Assembly: GCA_964357925.1 (NCBI GenBank)
Contig: CAYHMW010000002.1
Coordinates: 23,367-87,366, forward strand
Source: an uncultured Gammaproteobacteria bacterium
GTDB taxonomy: Bacteria > Patescibacteriota > Microgenomatia > UBA8517
Reading direction: 5' to 3'
DNA: 64,000 nt
The position numbers and the translations under genes are program-made. The notes under the pieces are model-generated. The model was not told the DNA's origin. It worked only from the letters and a program-made list of their open reading frames with translations, and did no database searches. Positions 20,662-30,246 of the stretch are shown here, piece by piece (the first letter of the stretch is position 1; every line of letters starts with the position of its first letter).

Positions 20662-22123
20662 AATTGATCGAGTAATAAAAAGTAACAAATTTGAGTATTT
20701 TTTACTTGCTTTAATACTGATTTTAAGCTTCGCGTTGAGGCTTTATAAAATCCAAAACCCCGTTGCCGACTGGCATTCTTGGAGGCAGGCAGATACAGCC
20801 TCTGTCAGTAGAATCTATTTAGATGAAGGAATTGATCTCCTACGTCCCAAATATCACGACATCTCAAGTATCCAGACAGGCTATTTCAATCCAGAAGGTT
20901 ACCGTTTCGTAGAATTTCCTATGTTTAATCTAATTCATGTTGTCCTATTTAAAACATATGGGCGATTTACATTTGAAGTCTGGGGCAGATTGACTGCAGT
21001 CATTGGAGCACTATTTACAGTCCTTGCTGTTTATGGGATCGGTAGGCGATTATGGGGGAAAGCACACGGTCTTCTCGCTGCATTTTTTTACGCAATTATT
21101 CCTTTTAACATCTATTTTACAAGGGTAATATTGCCGGATCCTTTAGCAGTCACATTTGCAACCATTTCAGTTTGGCTTTTCCTTGTGTATTTCCAAGAAA
21201 GCAAAACCAAGTATGCTATTGCATCTTCAATTTTCTTTTCACTGGCAATGTTAACAAAGCCCCATTCAATCTTCTTTGGCCTACCAATTGCTTATATGGC
21301 GATTGTGAAACACGGCTTTCGTGGGATATTTAAGCAAAAAATGCTTCTTCTTTGTATTGACATAGCACTTGTCCCATTTTTCCTGTGGCGAACTTGGATA
21401 AACAATTTTCTTGAAGGCATTCCCCATTTTCTTTGGTCGTTTAATGGTGACGAAATTCGCTTTCGTCCTTCCTTCTGGCGTTGGATTTATTCAGAACGCT
21501 TGGGAAACCTTATTCTAGGAGTGTGGGGACTTATCCCTTTATCATTCGGCGCTTTGGTAGTAGATGAAAAACACAAACTCAAATACTTTGTTCAATCACT
21601 CCTTCTTGGCATGTTCCTCTACACAACTATTTTTGCCACTGCCAGTGTTCGTCACGACTATTATCAAGTATTCGTTATCCCGGCAGTTGCGCTAACACTT
21701 GCGCAAGGCACTGTTTATTTATGGAACAAAAAGGAGTACAACATTTGGCTCAGACGCTCTCTTGTCATTTTTTCAATTGGAATGATAATTAATTCAGGAG
21801 CAGACAAAATAAAGGGTTTTTACAATATTAACCATTATGAAATCGTTGAAGCAGGTATGGCTGCCGACTCGCTTCTCCCTAAAGACGCACTTGTCATTGC
21901 ACCCTATAATGGTGATACAGCATTTCTTTACCAAACTAAACGTTCAGGCTGGCCAATTGTCGACACAGGCATCGAGAAAATGATTAAAAAGGGGGCTAGT
22001 TATTATATTTCAGTAAACAAAGGAGACAGCGACAGCGTAACATTTAAAAGAATGTTCAAGACAGTTGTCGAAGCCGATCGCTACATTATCCTTGATCTTA
22101 CTTCACCGATTTCTGAAAAATGA
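20651..22123 (+). CDS. polytopic membrane protein, putative GT-C glycosyltransferase (ArnT-like)
   Basis: About 12 TM helices and a C-terminal soluble domain. The ATG at 20651 overlaps the upstream stop (ATGAGAAATAA). The ORF track starts at 20630. Confidence 0.5.
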   Translation: MRNKIDRVIKSNKFEYFLLALILILSFALRLYKIQNPVADWHSWRQADTASVSRIYLDEGIDLLRPKYHDISSIQTGYFNPEGYRFVEFPMFNLIHVVLFKTYGRFTFEVWGRLTAVIGALFTVLAVYGIGRRLWGKAHGLLAAFFYAIIPFNIYFTRVILPDPLAVTFATISVWLFLVYFQESKTKYAIASSIFFSLAMLTKPHSIFFGLPIAYMAIVKHGFRGIFKQKMLLLCIDIALVPFFLWRTWINNFLEGIPHFLWSFNGDEIRFRPSFWRWIYSERLGNLILGVWGLIPLSFGALVVDEKHKLKYFVQSLLLGMFLYTTIFATASVRHDYYQVFVIPAVALTLAQGTVYLWNKKEYNIWLRRSLVIFSIGMIINSGADKIKGFYNINHYEIVEAGMAADSLLPKDALVIAPYNGDTAFLYQTKRSGWPIVDTGIEKMIKKGASYYISVNKGDSDSVTFKRMFKTVVEADRYIILDLTSPISEK

Positions 22124-23319
22124 AAATCTTAATGCTAGTTCCCTTTCTCCCGAACACCGAAACTTCTGGTGGACAAACCAGGTGGTATAACTTGATAAAG
22201 TATTTGTCTGTAGATCACGACATCACGCTATTTAGCTTAATAAAGGACAATTCTGAAAAAAACTACATCCCAGAACTCGAAAAATATTGTAAAAAAGTAC
22301 GCGTCTTCAAGCGTTCAAAAACCCCATGGACATGGAGAAATTTAATTTTAACAGCCTTTGGCTACTATCCATTTCTAGTTATCAGAAATTACTCTCCACA
22401 AGAAAAGGCTGCCATAGCAGAGGAACTGAAACAAAATAAATATGATCTCATACATGCAGAAACTTTTTACGTCATGCCGCACATTCCAAAAACAAATGTC
22501 CCTTCCATTCTCGTTGAGCAGACAATCGAATATCTTGTTTACAAACACTACGTCGATCACGTAGCCCCAAAAATATTATGGCCAATTTTCATGATCGATG
22601 TAGTCAAACTAAAGTTTTGGGAAATGTATTTCTGGAAAAAAACTAATAGATTAGTTAGCGTCAGTAGTGAAGACAAAAAAGTAATGCAACGGCTTGTCAA
22701 AAATATTTCTGTTGACATTGTTCCAAACGGCGTAGATTCGCACTTTTATTCGTCCAAGAAAGTAAGTAAAAAAACTCCACCCAGAGTTATGTATGGAGTA
22801 ACAAATTTCGAATGGTTACAGAATGTTGAAGCTGTTGACGTATTACTAAATGAAGTCTGGCCAGCAATTCACACAATGCACAAAAATGCCATTCTTTGGA
22901 TTGTCGGTCGAAAAATTCCACAAAGGATTCGAGAATTGGCAAGCGCACGAGACGATATAGAAATTACTGAGTCAATCAAAGATGCGAGAAATGCTTATCT
23001 TGGAGCAAGTGTCATGGTGACACCAATAAAAGGCTCAGGAGGCACAAGACTTAAAATACTAGAGGCAATGGCCGCTGGATTACCCATCGTATCTACCAGT
23101 ACAGGTGTCGCGGGCCTCGATGTGACACACGAAGAAAACGTCCTCATAAGTGATTCCTCCAAAGGTTTGGCTAAGGAAACGATACGGTTACTAGAAAATG
23201 GTTCTCTCGCTAAAAAAATTGGCACGGCTGGCAAGAAATTCGTTGCAGATAATTTTGATTGGCGTCAAATAGTGAAGCTCCATAATCCGATCTACAAAGC
23301 AGCAATTGAAAGAAAATGA
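22120..23319 (+). CDS. glycosyltransferase family 4
   Basis: GGTRLKILEAMAAGLPIVSTSTGVAGLDVTHEEN signature. Confidence 0.8.
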   Translation: MKILMLVPFLPNTETSGGQTRWYNLIKYLSVDHDITLFSLIKDNSEKNYIPELEKYCKKVRVFKRSKTPWTWRNLILTAFGYYPFLVIRNYSPQEKAAIAEELKQNKYDLIHAETFYVMPHIPKTNVPSILVEQTIEYLVYKHYVDHVAPKILWPIFMIDVVKLKFWEMYFWKKTNRLVSVSSEDKKVMQRLVKNISVDIVPNGVDSHFYSSKKVSKKTPPRVMYGVTNFEWLQNVEAVDVLLNEVWPAIHTMHKNAILWIVGRKIPQRIRELASARDDIEITESIKDARNAYLGASVMVTPIKGSGGTRLKILEAMAAGLPIVSTSTGVAGLDVTHEENVLISDSSKGLAKETIRLLENGSLAKKIGTAGKKFVADNFDWRQIVKLHNPIYKAAIERK

Positions 23320-24188
23320 GCATACCAAAATTATCAATAATTATTCTTAGCTACAACACCAAAGATTTGCTGCTGAATTGTTTACGCTCGCTAGAAAAAG
23401 TAAAAAATGAAGTCATTTTTGAAATAATAGTAGTAGATAACGCTTCCACAGACGGAAGTCTCGAGGCAATTAAAAATTTGAAAATTGAAAATTTGAAAAT
23501 TCTTGGGAACGAAGTCAACCTCGGTTTTGCCCGGGGCAACAATACTGCTCGCACTATTGTCAGAGGTGAATACATCCTCTTCCTTAATTCGGATACAGAG
23601 GTACAACCAGAAACACTTAAAAAATCTATAAATTATTTATCTCAACACAAGGACACGGGGGTAGTGACTGTCCGAACACTTCTTCCGAGTGGCAAGCTTG
23701 ATAAAGACGTCCGACGTAGTTTCCCAACTCCCTTTATTGCGCTCACTCATTTCTCCGGTCTGGACCGCCTGTTTCCAAAGTCCAAAATGCTAGCGAGTTA
23801 TTGGTACGGTTATATCCCAGATACAAAATCTCACTACATTGACGTTGCTCAAGGAGCTTTTTTCATGACCAGAAAAAAACTACTGGATGAGGTTGACTGG
23901 TTCAGCGAAGAGTATTTCTTAGATGGCGAAGATATCGACCTCTGTTGGAAGATTAAACTGGCGGGAAAAAAGATATATTACTTTGCAGATGCCAGCATAC
24001 TTCACACTAAAAAGGCTTCCAAAAAAAGCAGAAAGAAAATAAAATTTGTCCACACAGGTGTCGACTCAATGGAAATTTTTTATAGAAAATTCATGTGGGA
24101 TAACTACCCTCTACCGATAAACCTCCTAGTTATTTCAGGAATAAAAGTGATAAAAATTGTCAGGACACTGAAACACTTAATTATATGA
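23316..24188 (+). CDS. glycosyltransferase family 2
   Basis: LSIIILSYNTKDLL...IVVDNASTDGS, NSDTE motif. Confidence 0.85.
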   Translation: MSIPKLSIIILSYNTKDLLLNCLRSLEKVKNEVIFEIIVVDNASTDGSLEAIKNLKIENLKILGNEVNLGFARGNNTARTIVRGEYILFLNSDTEVQPETLKKSINYLSQHKDTGVVTVRTLLPSGKLDKDVRRSFPTPFIALTHFSGLDRLFPKSKMLASYWYGYIPDTKSHYIDVAQGAFFMTRKKLLDEVDWFSEEYFLDGEDIDLCWKIKLAGKKIYYFADASILHTKKASKKSRKKIKFVHTGVDSMEIFYRKFMWDNYPLPINLLVISGIKVIKIVRTLKHLII

Positions 24189-25321
24189 AGATAGTTATCG
24201 ATGCCAGGTTTTATGGGCTGGAGAATGGAGGACTGGGCAGGTACCTCATCAATTTAATCCGTGAACTTTCAGTAATCGATAAGGAAAATAACTACACCCT
24301 ACTACTTCGCAAAAAATACCTAAATAACAACGAGCTTCCCAGGAATTGGCATAAGGTTCTTCTTGACCATCGTCACTATAGTGTGGGCGAGCAAATCTAC
24401 GTACCGAAAATGCTAAAAATTCTGAAGCCAGACTTAGTTCACTTTCCTCATTTCAATGTACCTTTTTTATATCGAGGCAAATTTGTTGTAACTATTCATG
24501 ACATCCTTATGCACAAAATGAAAGGCAAAGATGCTACAACGTTGCCTCCTTACAAATATGTGATCAAAAGGATTGGTTACAAAACTATTTTTAATAAAGC
24601 CATTAAAAAGTCAGTAAGAATAATTGTTCCAAGTAATGCCGTTAAAAACGACATAGTTAACTATTACAAAATAGATGAAAACAAAATATCAGTAACATAC
24701 GAAGGTTTTGACGCAAGTATCAAGTCGGAGAAAGGTACAAAGAAGAGTCTCAAGAAATTGTATGATCTAACCACCCCTTTTTTCCTATATGTTGGCAACG
24801 CATACCCACACAAAAATATAAAAAGGTTAATCGAAGCTACAGTATTTTTGAATGAAAATTCGGGGAGAAAAACTACTCTAGCAATCTCAACACCAAAAAA
24901 TGTTTTTGGCGACAGGCTATCACTGCTAGTTAAGGAACTTCGAGCTGAACAATATGTCAAGCTACTAGGCTTTGTCCCCGATCAAGATATCGCACTTCTC
25001 CACAAGGAATCTGCTGGTTTTGTTTACCCATCTTTAATAGAAGGTTTTGGCCTACAGGGTCTTGAAGCAATCAGCAATGGTACAATATTCATTGCATCGG
25101 ATATACCCGTGTTTAAAGAAGTTTATAGAGATAACGCAATTTACTTTAACCCTTTCGACTTCAGTTCAATTGAAAGTGCAATGAAGAGGGTATTGGAAAT
25201 GGATTCCTCAAATCGCATAGAGATGATCGCAAAATCTCAAGAGTTTATCAAACGCTACTCCTGGCGCAAAATGGCACAAGAGACACTAGGGGTGTACAAT
25301 GCGGCCGCCGCCGAAGAATGA
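24185..25321 (+). CDS. glycosyltransferase family 4
   Basis: EGFGLQGLEAISNGTIFIASDIPVFKEV signature. Confidence 0.85.
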   Translation: MKIVIDARFYGLENGGLGRYLINLIRELSVIDKENNYTLLLRKKYLNNNELPRNWHKVLLDHRHYSVGEQIYVPKMLKILKPDLVHFPHFNVPFLYRGKFVVTIHDILMHKMKGKDATTLPPYKYVIKRIGYKTIFNKAIKKSVRIIVPSNAVKNDIVNYYKIDENKISVTYEGFDASIKSEKGTKKSLKKLYDLTTPFFLYVGNAYPHKNIKRLIEATVFLNENSGRKTTLAISTPKNVFGDRLSLLVKELRAEQYVKLLGFVPDQDIALLHKESAGFVYPSLIEGFGLQGLEAISNGTIFIASDIPVFKEVYRDNAIYFNPFDFSSIESAMKRVLEMDSSNRIEMIAKSQEFIKRYSWRKMAQETLGVYNAAAAEE

Positions 25322-26394
25322 AAGTAGCTCTTGTTTACGATAGGGTAAATAAATGGGGCGGGGCTGAGAGAGTTTTGCTGGCACTGAACGAACTTTTCCC
25401 AGAAGCGCCCTTATACACTTCAGTTTACTCAAATGAATCTGCCGCATGGGCAAATGTTTTTCCTAAAATTCACACATCATTCATACAAAAAATTCCTTGG
25501 GCAAAGACAAATCACGAATACCTTCCCTGGCTCATGCCAAAAGTATTTGAATCTTTTGATTTTAGGCAGTACGACCTTGTCATATCAGTCACAAGTGAAT
25601 CTGCTAAAGGTATAATTACTCACCCAAACACAAAACATATCTGCTATTGCCTTACACCAACAAGATATTTATGGAGTGGCCACGAAGACTATTTCCCCAC
25701 TTCATTTAAACGAACTGCAGCACAACCACTTATTAGGTACTTAAGAAGTTGGGACCAAGTTGCCGCCCACCGTCCAGACACAATGATAGCTATTTCGACT
25801 GAGGTACAAAATCGAATAAAAAAATATTACAGCCGTGACGCTACAATTATTTTTCCTCCAACACCACTGGGCCACCCCGCATTCAATGCGGGATCTAAAA
25901 GCTCGAGATCATATTACTTGTTGGTTTCTCGTCTTGTCCCTTACAAAAAGGTAGATCTAGCAATCAACGCCTTCAACGCTCTCAATCAACCCTTAGTTAT
26001 CATTGGAACCGGCAAAGATGAAAGTAGACTCAAAAATATTGCAAACAAAAACATTAAATTTTTAAGTAAATTGACAGACAGGCAACTTGGCAATTACTAT
26101 ATGGGAGCCAAGGCGCTGATTTTTCCGCAAAACGAAGATTTTGGTTTAGTAACAGTCGAAGCTCAAAGCTTCGGAGTGCCAGTCATAGCGTTTCGAGGAG
26201 GCGGAGCACTCGATACAGTAATTGACGGTGATACTGGAGTTTTTTTTAACGAGCAAACAATTGATTCCTTGATAGACGCAATCAATAGATTTGAAAAAAT
26301 GAGTTTTGAGAGGAAACTGATTAAACAAAATGCAGAAAGATTTTCAAAGGAAATATTTAAAGAAAACTTTTTGAAAACAATTAATGAGCAATAA
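25318..26394 (+). CDS. glycosyltransferase family 4
   Basis: EDFGLVTVEAQSFGVPVIAFRGGGALDTV signature. Confidence 0.85.
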   Translation: MKVALVYDRVNKWGGAERVLLALNELFPEAPLYTSVYSNESAAWANVFPKIHTSFIQKIPWAKTNHEYLPWLMPKVFESFDFRQYDLVISVTSESAKGIITHPNTKHICYCLTPTRYLWSGHEDYFPTSFKRTAAQPLIRYLRSWDQVAAHRPDTMIAISTEVQNRIKKYYSRDATIIFPPTPLGHPAFNAGSKSSRSYYLLVSRLVPYKKVDLAINAFNALNQPLVIIGTGKDESRLKNIANKNIKFLSKLTDRQLGNYYMGAKALIFPQNEDFGLVTVEAQSFGVPVIAFRGGGALDTVIDGDTGVFFNEQTIDSLIDAINRFEKMSFERKLIKQNAERFSKEIFKENFLKTINEQ

Positions 26395-27502
26395 TTCAGA
26401 TTACAAAAACCACGTCTACGCTTTAATTTTGGCAGGAGGTGGAGGGACACGACTTTGGCCGAAATCAACAAACAAAACTCCAAAGCAATTTTTGAAACTC
26501 TTCAATAGTCAAACTCTCACGCAAATCACAGCAAGTAGATTTAGCGAAATTTTACCATGGGAAAAAATCTTCTGTGTCACTGTGTCCGAGGAATACAAAA
26601 AAGAAATCTTGAAAGAAGTTCCATCTTTCATCTCCAAAAATATTATTGTTGAGCCAGCAAGAAGGGAAACAGGACCAGCACATGGCATTGGAGCACTTCA
26701 CATCTATAAAAAAGATCCAGACGCAGTGATTATCACTGAAGCTGCCGATAGATTAGTCAACCCCGTTAAAAGCTATCTTAAGTGTTTGAACGCAGCTGCA
26801 AAAGTAGCATATGAGAAATCCATGCTAATCTCAATTGGTGTTGAGCCAAGATATCCACATACCGGCTTAGGGCACATTAAAAGAGGACAGAAATACGGCA
26901 TATTCGAACACCGAGCTTTTTATGCCATGGATAAATTTGTGGAAAAACCACCTCTTAAACTTGCGATTAAATATACTAACTCTGGAAATTATTATTGGAA
27001 CGCTGGACAGTTTGTTTGGCGAGCAGACAGTATCCTGAACGCTCTCAAAGAATTTGAACCAAACATTAGTGAGAACTTAGACAAAATATTTCCAGTTATT
27101 GATACTAATGCAGAAGAAGCGGTAACCGAAAAGGCATACAAAGCCATGCCAAAAATTTCTATTGACTATGCAGTCGCAGAACGGGCAAAAAATATGTTAG
27201 TACTTCCAGGGGATTTTTTCTGGACTGATATTGGTGACTGGAAGGAAGTTTGGAGCAACTTAAAGCAGGACGAGAGAGGCAACGTTATAATTTCAGGCGA
27301 TGGTAAGCCAAATATTGTTGCTCTCGAAACATCGGATTCCATAATCCATACAAATGGAAGGCTTATTGCACTTGTAGGCATTGAAAACCTTGTAGTAATA
27401 GACACGAAAGATATCTTATTGATATGCTCTAAGAGTAAAGCCCAAAAAGTGAAGGAAGTAGTAAATATTCTCAAAGAAGAAAAGCGCGAAAAATATTTGT
27501 GA
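26384..27502 (+). CDS. manC: mannose-1-phosphate guanylyltransferase (GDP-mannose pyrophosphorylase, ManC-type nucleotidyltransferase domain)
   Basis: N-terminal ALILAGGGGTRLWPKST...PKQF NTP-transferase motif. Its overall length matches the ManC N-domain, with no obvious C-terminal cupin. Confidence 0.8.
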   Translation: MSNNSDYKNHVYALILAGGGGTRLWPKSTNKTPKQFLKLFNSQTLTQITASRFSEILPWEKIFCVTVSEEYKKEILKEVPSFISKNIIVEPARRETGPAHGIGALHIYKKDPDAVIITEAADRLVNPVKSYLKCLNAAAKVAYEKSMLISIGVEPRYPHTGLGHIKRGQKYGIFEHRAFYAMDKFVEKPPLKLAIKYTNSGNYYWNAGQFVWRADSILNALKEFEPNISENLDKIFPVIDTNAEEAVTEKAYKAMPKISIDYAVAERAKNMLVLPGDFFWTDIGDWKEVWSNLKQDERGNVIISGDGKPNIVALETSDSIIHTNGRLIALVGIENLVVIDTKDILLICSKSKAQKVKEVVNILKEEKREKYL

Positions 27503-28161
27503 TACAATCACCTGCCCGGAAAATGAGTTACAACTTTATCAAAAGATTCATCGACGTCTTTGGGTCCATCTTCCTTCTGCTTTTTTTTTCTCCAATAATT
27601 CTAATCACCTCAATTGTCATTAAATTGACCTCCAAAGGTCCAATAATGGCAGATACTCCGAAACGTGTCGGCAAAGGTGGCAAGCTATTCAAGCATTATA
27701 AATTCAGAAGCATGGTTGTAAACGCTCACAAACTTCTTCGAACAGACCCTAAGTTTAAAAAGCTTTATAAGAAATACAAGGCAAGCAGCTATAAACTCCA
27801 CGATGACCCAAGGGTAACTCCAGCTGGAAAATTTATCAGAAAGCACTCGATCGACGAAATCCCGCAACTAGTCAATGTTTTAAAAGGGGAGATGAGCATT
27901 GTTGGTCCGAGGCCATATTATGGAGACGAATTAAAAGAGCAGCAAAAGAAATACCCACATACCCAAAAATTGGTCAAAGAAGTCCTTTCTGTCAGACCCG
28001 GAATCACAGGCTATTGGCAAGTAACAGGGAGAAGTGAAGTTAATTTTGATAAGAGAATTGAAATGGATGCATATTATGCAAGAAAAAAATCGATCATCTT
28101 GGATTTCCTTATACTTCTAAAAACCCCTTGGGCTATGGTCACTGGCCGTGGCGCAGTGTAG
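27499..28161 (+). CDS. polyprenyl-phosphate sugar-1-phosphate transferase (bacterial sugar transferase, WbaP/PglC/WcaJ catalytic-domain type), the initiating enzyme
   Basis: Single N-terminal TM helix. PF02397 motifs are present: KRFIDVFGS, KFRSM and DEIPQLVNVLKGEMSIVGPRP. Confidence 0.9.
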   Translation: MIQSPARKMSYNFIKRFIDVFGSIFLLLFFSPIILITSIVIKLTSKGPIMADTPKRVGKGGKLFKHYKFRSMVVNAHKLLRTDPKFKKLYKKYKASSYKLHDDPRVTPAGKFIRKHSIDEIPQLVNVLKGEMSIVGPRPYYGDELKEQQKKYPHTQKLVKEVLSVRPGITGYWQVTGRSEVNFDKRIEMDAYYARKKSIILDFLILLKTPWAMVTGRGAV

Positions 28162-28170
28162 AATATTTGT

Positions 28171-30246
28171 GTGGAAAACGACATTAACATCCCCCAGATT
28201 AAGCCAGTTCAATCCATTCTTGAACCACCGAAGTTAGAAGTTGTCAGTGACGCCGAAGCTGGATCTAATGTAAAAGAACAAGTAGAACCTCCTAAACAAA
28301 GTTTTTTTAAGCGAATTAAATTTCCCAGATTAGGGCTCCCTGGACTGGGAAGCTCGGGTGGTAGAACAAAGAAAATTTTAGTCGGTTCCCTGGGATCTCT
28401 CTTGCTTGTCGCACTTATTATTCTCGTTCTGGTAGTTTTGCCGGCAGTGGATGTTTACAAAAAAGGGAAAACACTTGAAGTTAGCGCCAGAGCTCTCAAA
28501 GATTCTGTTAACTCACAGGATATAAATGTAGTAAAAAATAAATTAAGTGACTTTAAAAAAGACTTCTTGAGTTTTCAAAAAAGCTATAAACGCCTCACTT
28601 GGACGAAGCCACTTCCAGTTATCGGCAATTACTACAAGGATGGTGAAGCTGGTCTCAAGGCTGGTGTATATGGAATTGAGGCAGGTGAGTTGACTCTCGA
28701 GACAGTAACTCCCTTCGCGGACATAATCGGCTTTGCAGGCCCCGATTCCCAACAATCAGAAAGTGGCGAGGACACGGCCAATGACAGAATTGATTTTCTA
28801 GTGCAATCTCTGGATGTCTTCATCCCTAAAATGGATGAATTAACGCAAAAGGTCTCCCTCGCACAGGCAGAGCTCGCAATCATCGACCCAAATCGCTATC
28901 CAGAGCACGTCAAAGGTAAGCCTGTCAGAAGCACACTTAAAAAATATCTAACATTAGCAGACGAAGGTGCTGAATTTGTTAAAAACGCAAAACCCCTAAT
29001 GGAAGCGACACCCTATCTAATTGGCCTCGACGACACCAGAACATACCTCCTTTTATTCCAAAACGACAAAGAACTTCGTCCCACAGGAGGCTTTCTGACT
29101 GCATATTCATTTGTCGAGGTGACGGGTGCCAAACTTAATCCAACAAGCAGTAATGATATCTATAATCTCGACGGTAATTACAAAGCAACCATTGACGCAC
29201 CAGAACCTTTCATTAAATTTGTCAAAGAGCCTTATAGACGCTTTCCACAACTAAGGCTCAGGGATATGAATTGGTCACCGGACTTCAGAGTTAGCATGGA
29301 GCAATTTCTTGAAGAGGCCGAAAGCGTTGGAGTGAAGGATATAGATGGGGTTATTGCGGTCGACACACAAGTAGTTGTAAATATACTGAAGGCAATAGGT
29401 CAAGTCGGTGTTTTTGGTTTTGGCAACTTCAATGCAGATACTGACCCAAGGTGCAATTGTCCACAAGTTGTCTACGAGCTCGAAAGTTTTGCCGATGTCG
29501 AAGGAGCAATAGTGTGGAGTGAAAACGAGCCTGGCAAAATTGTCTTCGCCCCTCCAAATTACGAAAATAGAAAGAAAATTGTAGGTCCACTTATGAATTC
29601 TGTCCTCGCCAACGCACTCGGTCAACCAAAGGATAAAATACCAGCCCTTTTTGAAGCAGCATGGAAAACAGTTACTGAAAAACATGTTCTACTTTATGTT
29701 TATGATGAAGAGGCACAAAGGGGGATTGAAGCTTTTGGAATTGGCGGGAGAATTGTCGATACCGACGGGGACTTTTTGCACGTCAATGATGCCAATTTAG
29801 CAGGCAGAAAATCTAATCTTTACGTGACACAAGAAGTGAGTCAGGACATTGAAATATCAAAGGACGGCAGTGTAGTTAAAACTCTAACACTAACATACAA
29901 AAATCCTGCACCCTATGATGGCTGGCTCAACTCAGTTCTTCCAAATTGGACAAGAGTTTATGTACCAAAAGGCTCAGAACTAATCGATAGCCAAGGTTTT
30001 GATCAAGCGGCCATAGTTGAAGAAGATCTTGGCAAAACCGTATTCGCAGGAAGTTTTAGTCTCCGACCAGAAGGAGTCCAAAAAATAACCCTAACCTACA
30101 AACTTCCATTTAAAGTTGAAGATAAATATAAGATTTTTATTCAAAAACAGCCAGGTACAGATACCCCTCTTCATACAATAAAAGTGGGTAAACAACTCGA
30201 GGAGCTCTTCCTGCGCACTGACAAATCCTTCACATTTCATCTATAA
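28171..30246 (+). CDS. membrane-anchored extracytoplasmic protein, DUF4012-like (ELRPTGGF motif)
   Basis: The 691-aa protein has an N-terminal TM helix (ILVGSLGSLLLVALIILVLVVL) and a large exported domain. It has the conserved-looking LLFQNDKELRPTGGFLTAY block. It is the last gene of the glycan operon. Confidence 0.55.
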   Translation: MENDINIPQIKPVQSILEPPKLEVVSDAEAGSNVKEQVEPPKQSFFKRIKFPRLGLPGLGSSGGRTKKILVGSLGSLLLVALIILVLVVLPAVDVYKKGKTLEVSARALKDSVNSQDINVVKNKLSDFKKDFLSFQKSYKRLTWTKPLPVIGNYYKDGEAGLKAGVYGIEAGELTLETVTPFADIIGFAGPDSQQSESGEDTANDRIDFLVQSLDVFIPKMDELTQKVSLAQAELAIIDPNRYPEHVKGKPVRSTLKKYLTLADEGAEFVKNAKPLMEATPYLIGLDDTRTYLLLFQNDKELRPTGGFLTAYSFVEVTGAKLNPTSSNDIYNLDGNYKATIDAPEPFIKFVKEPYRRFPQLRLRDMNWSPDFRVSMEQFLEEAESVGVKDIDGVIAVDTQVVVNILKAIGQVGVFGFGNFNADTDPRCNCPQVVYELESFADVEGAIVWSENEPGKIVFAPPNYENRKKIVGPLMNSVLANALGQPKDKIPALFEAAWKTVTEKHVLLYVYDEEAQRGIEAFGIGGRIVDTDGDFLHVNDANLAGRKSNLYVTQEVSQDIEISKDGSVVKTLTLTYKNPAPYDGWLNSVLPNWTRVYVPKGSELIDSQGFDQAAIVEEDLGKTVFAGSFSLRPEGVQKITLTYKLPFKVEDKYKIFIQKQPGTDTPLHTIKVGKQLEELFLRTDKSFTFHL

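Noticed and set aside
27591-27599. Poly-T(9) tract inside the priming phosphotransferase gene, plus many A8/T8 tracts in GT genes (e.g. 15105, 16502, 19177, 26241, 63254), as possible phase-variation switches
   Set aside because: With roughly 31% A and 31% T, about 10 A8/T8 runs and about 3 runs of 9 are expected by chance in 64 kb on two strands. The observed number is not enriched. There is no evidence of length heterogeneity.
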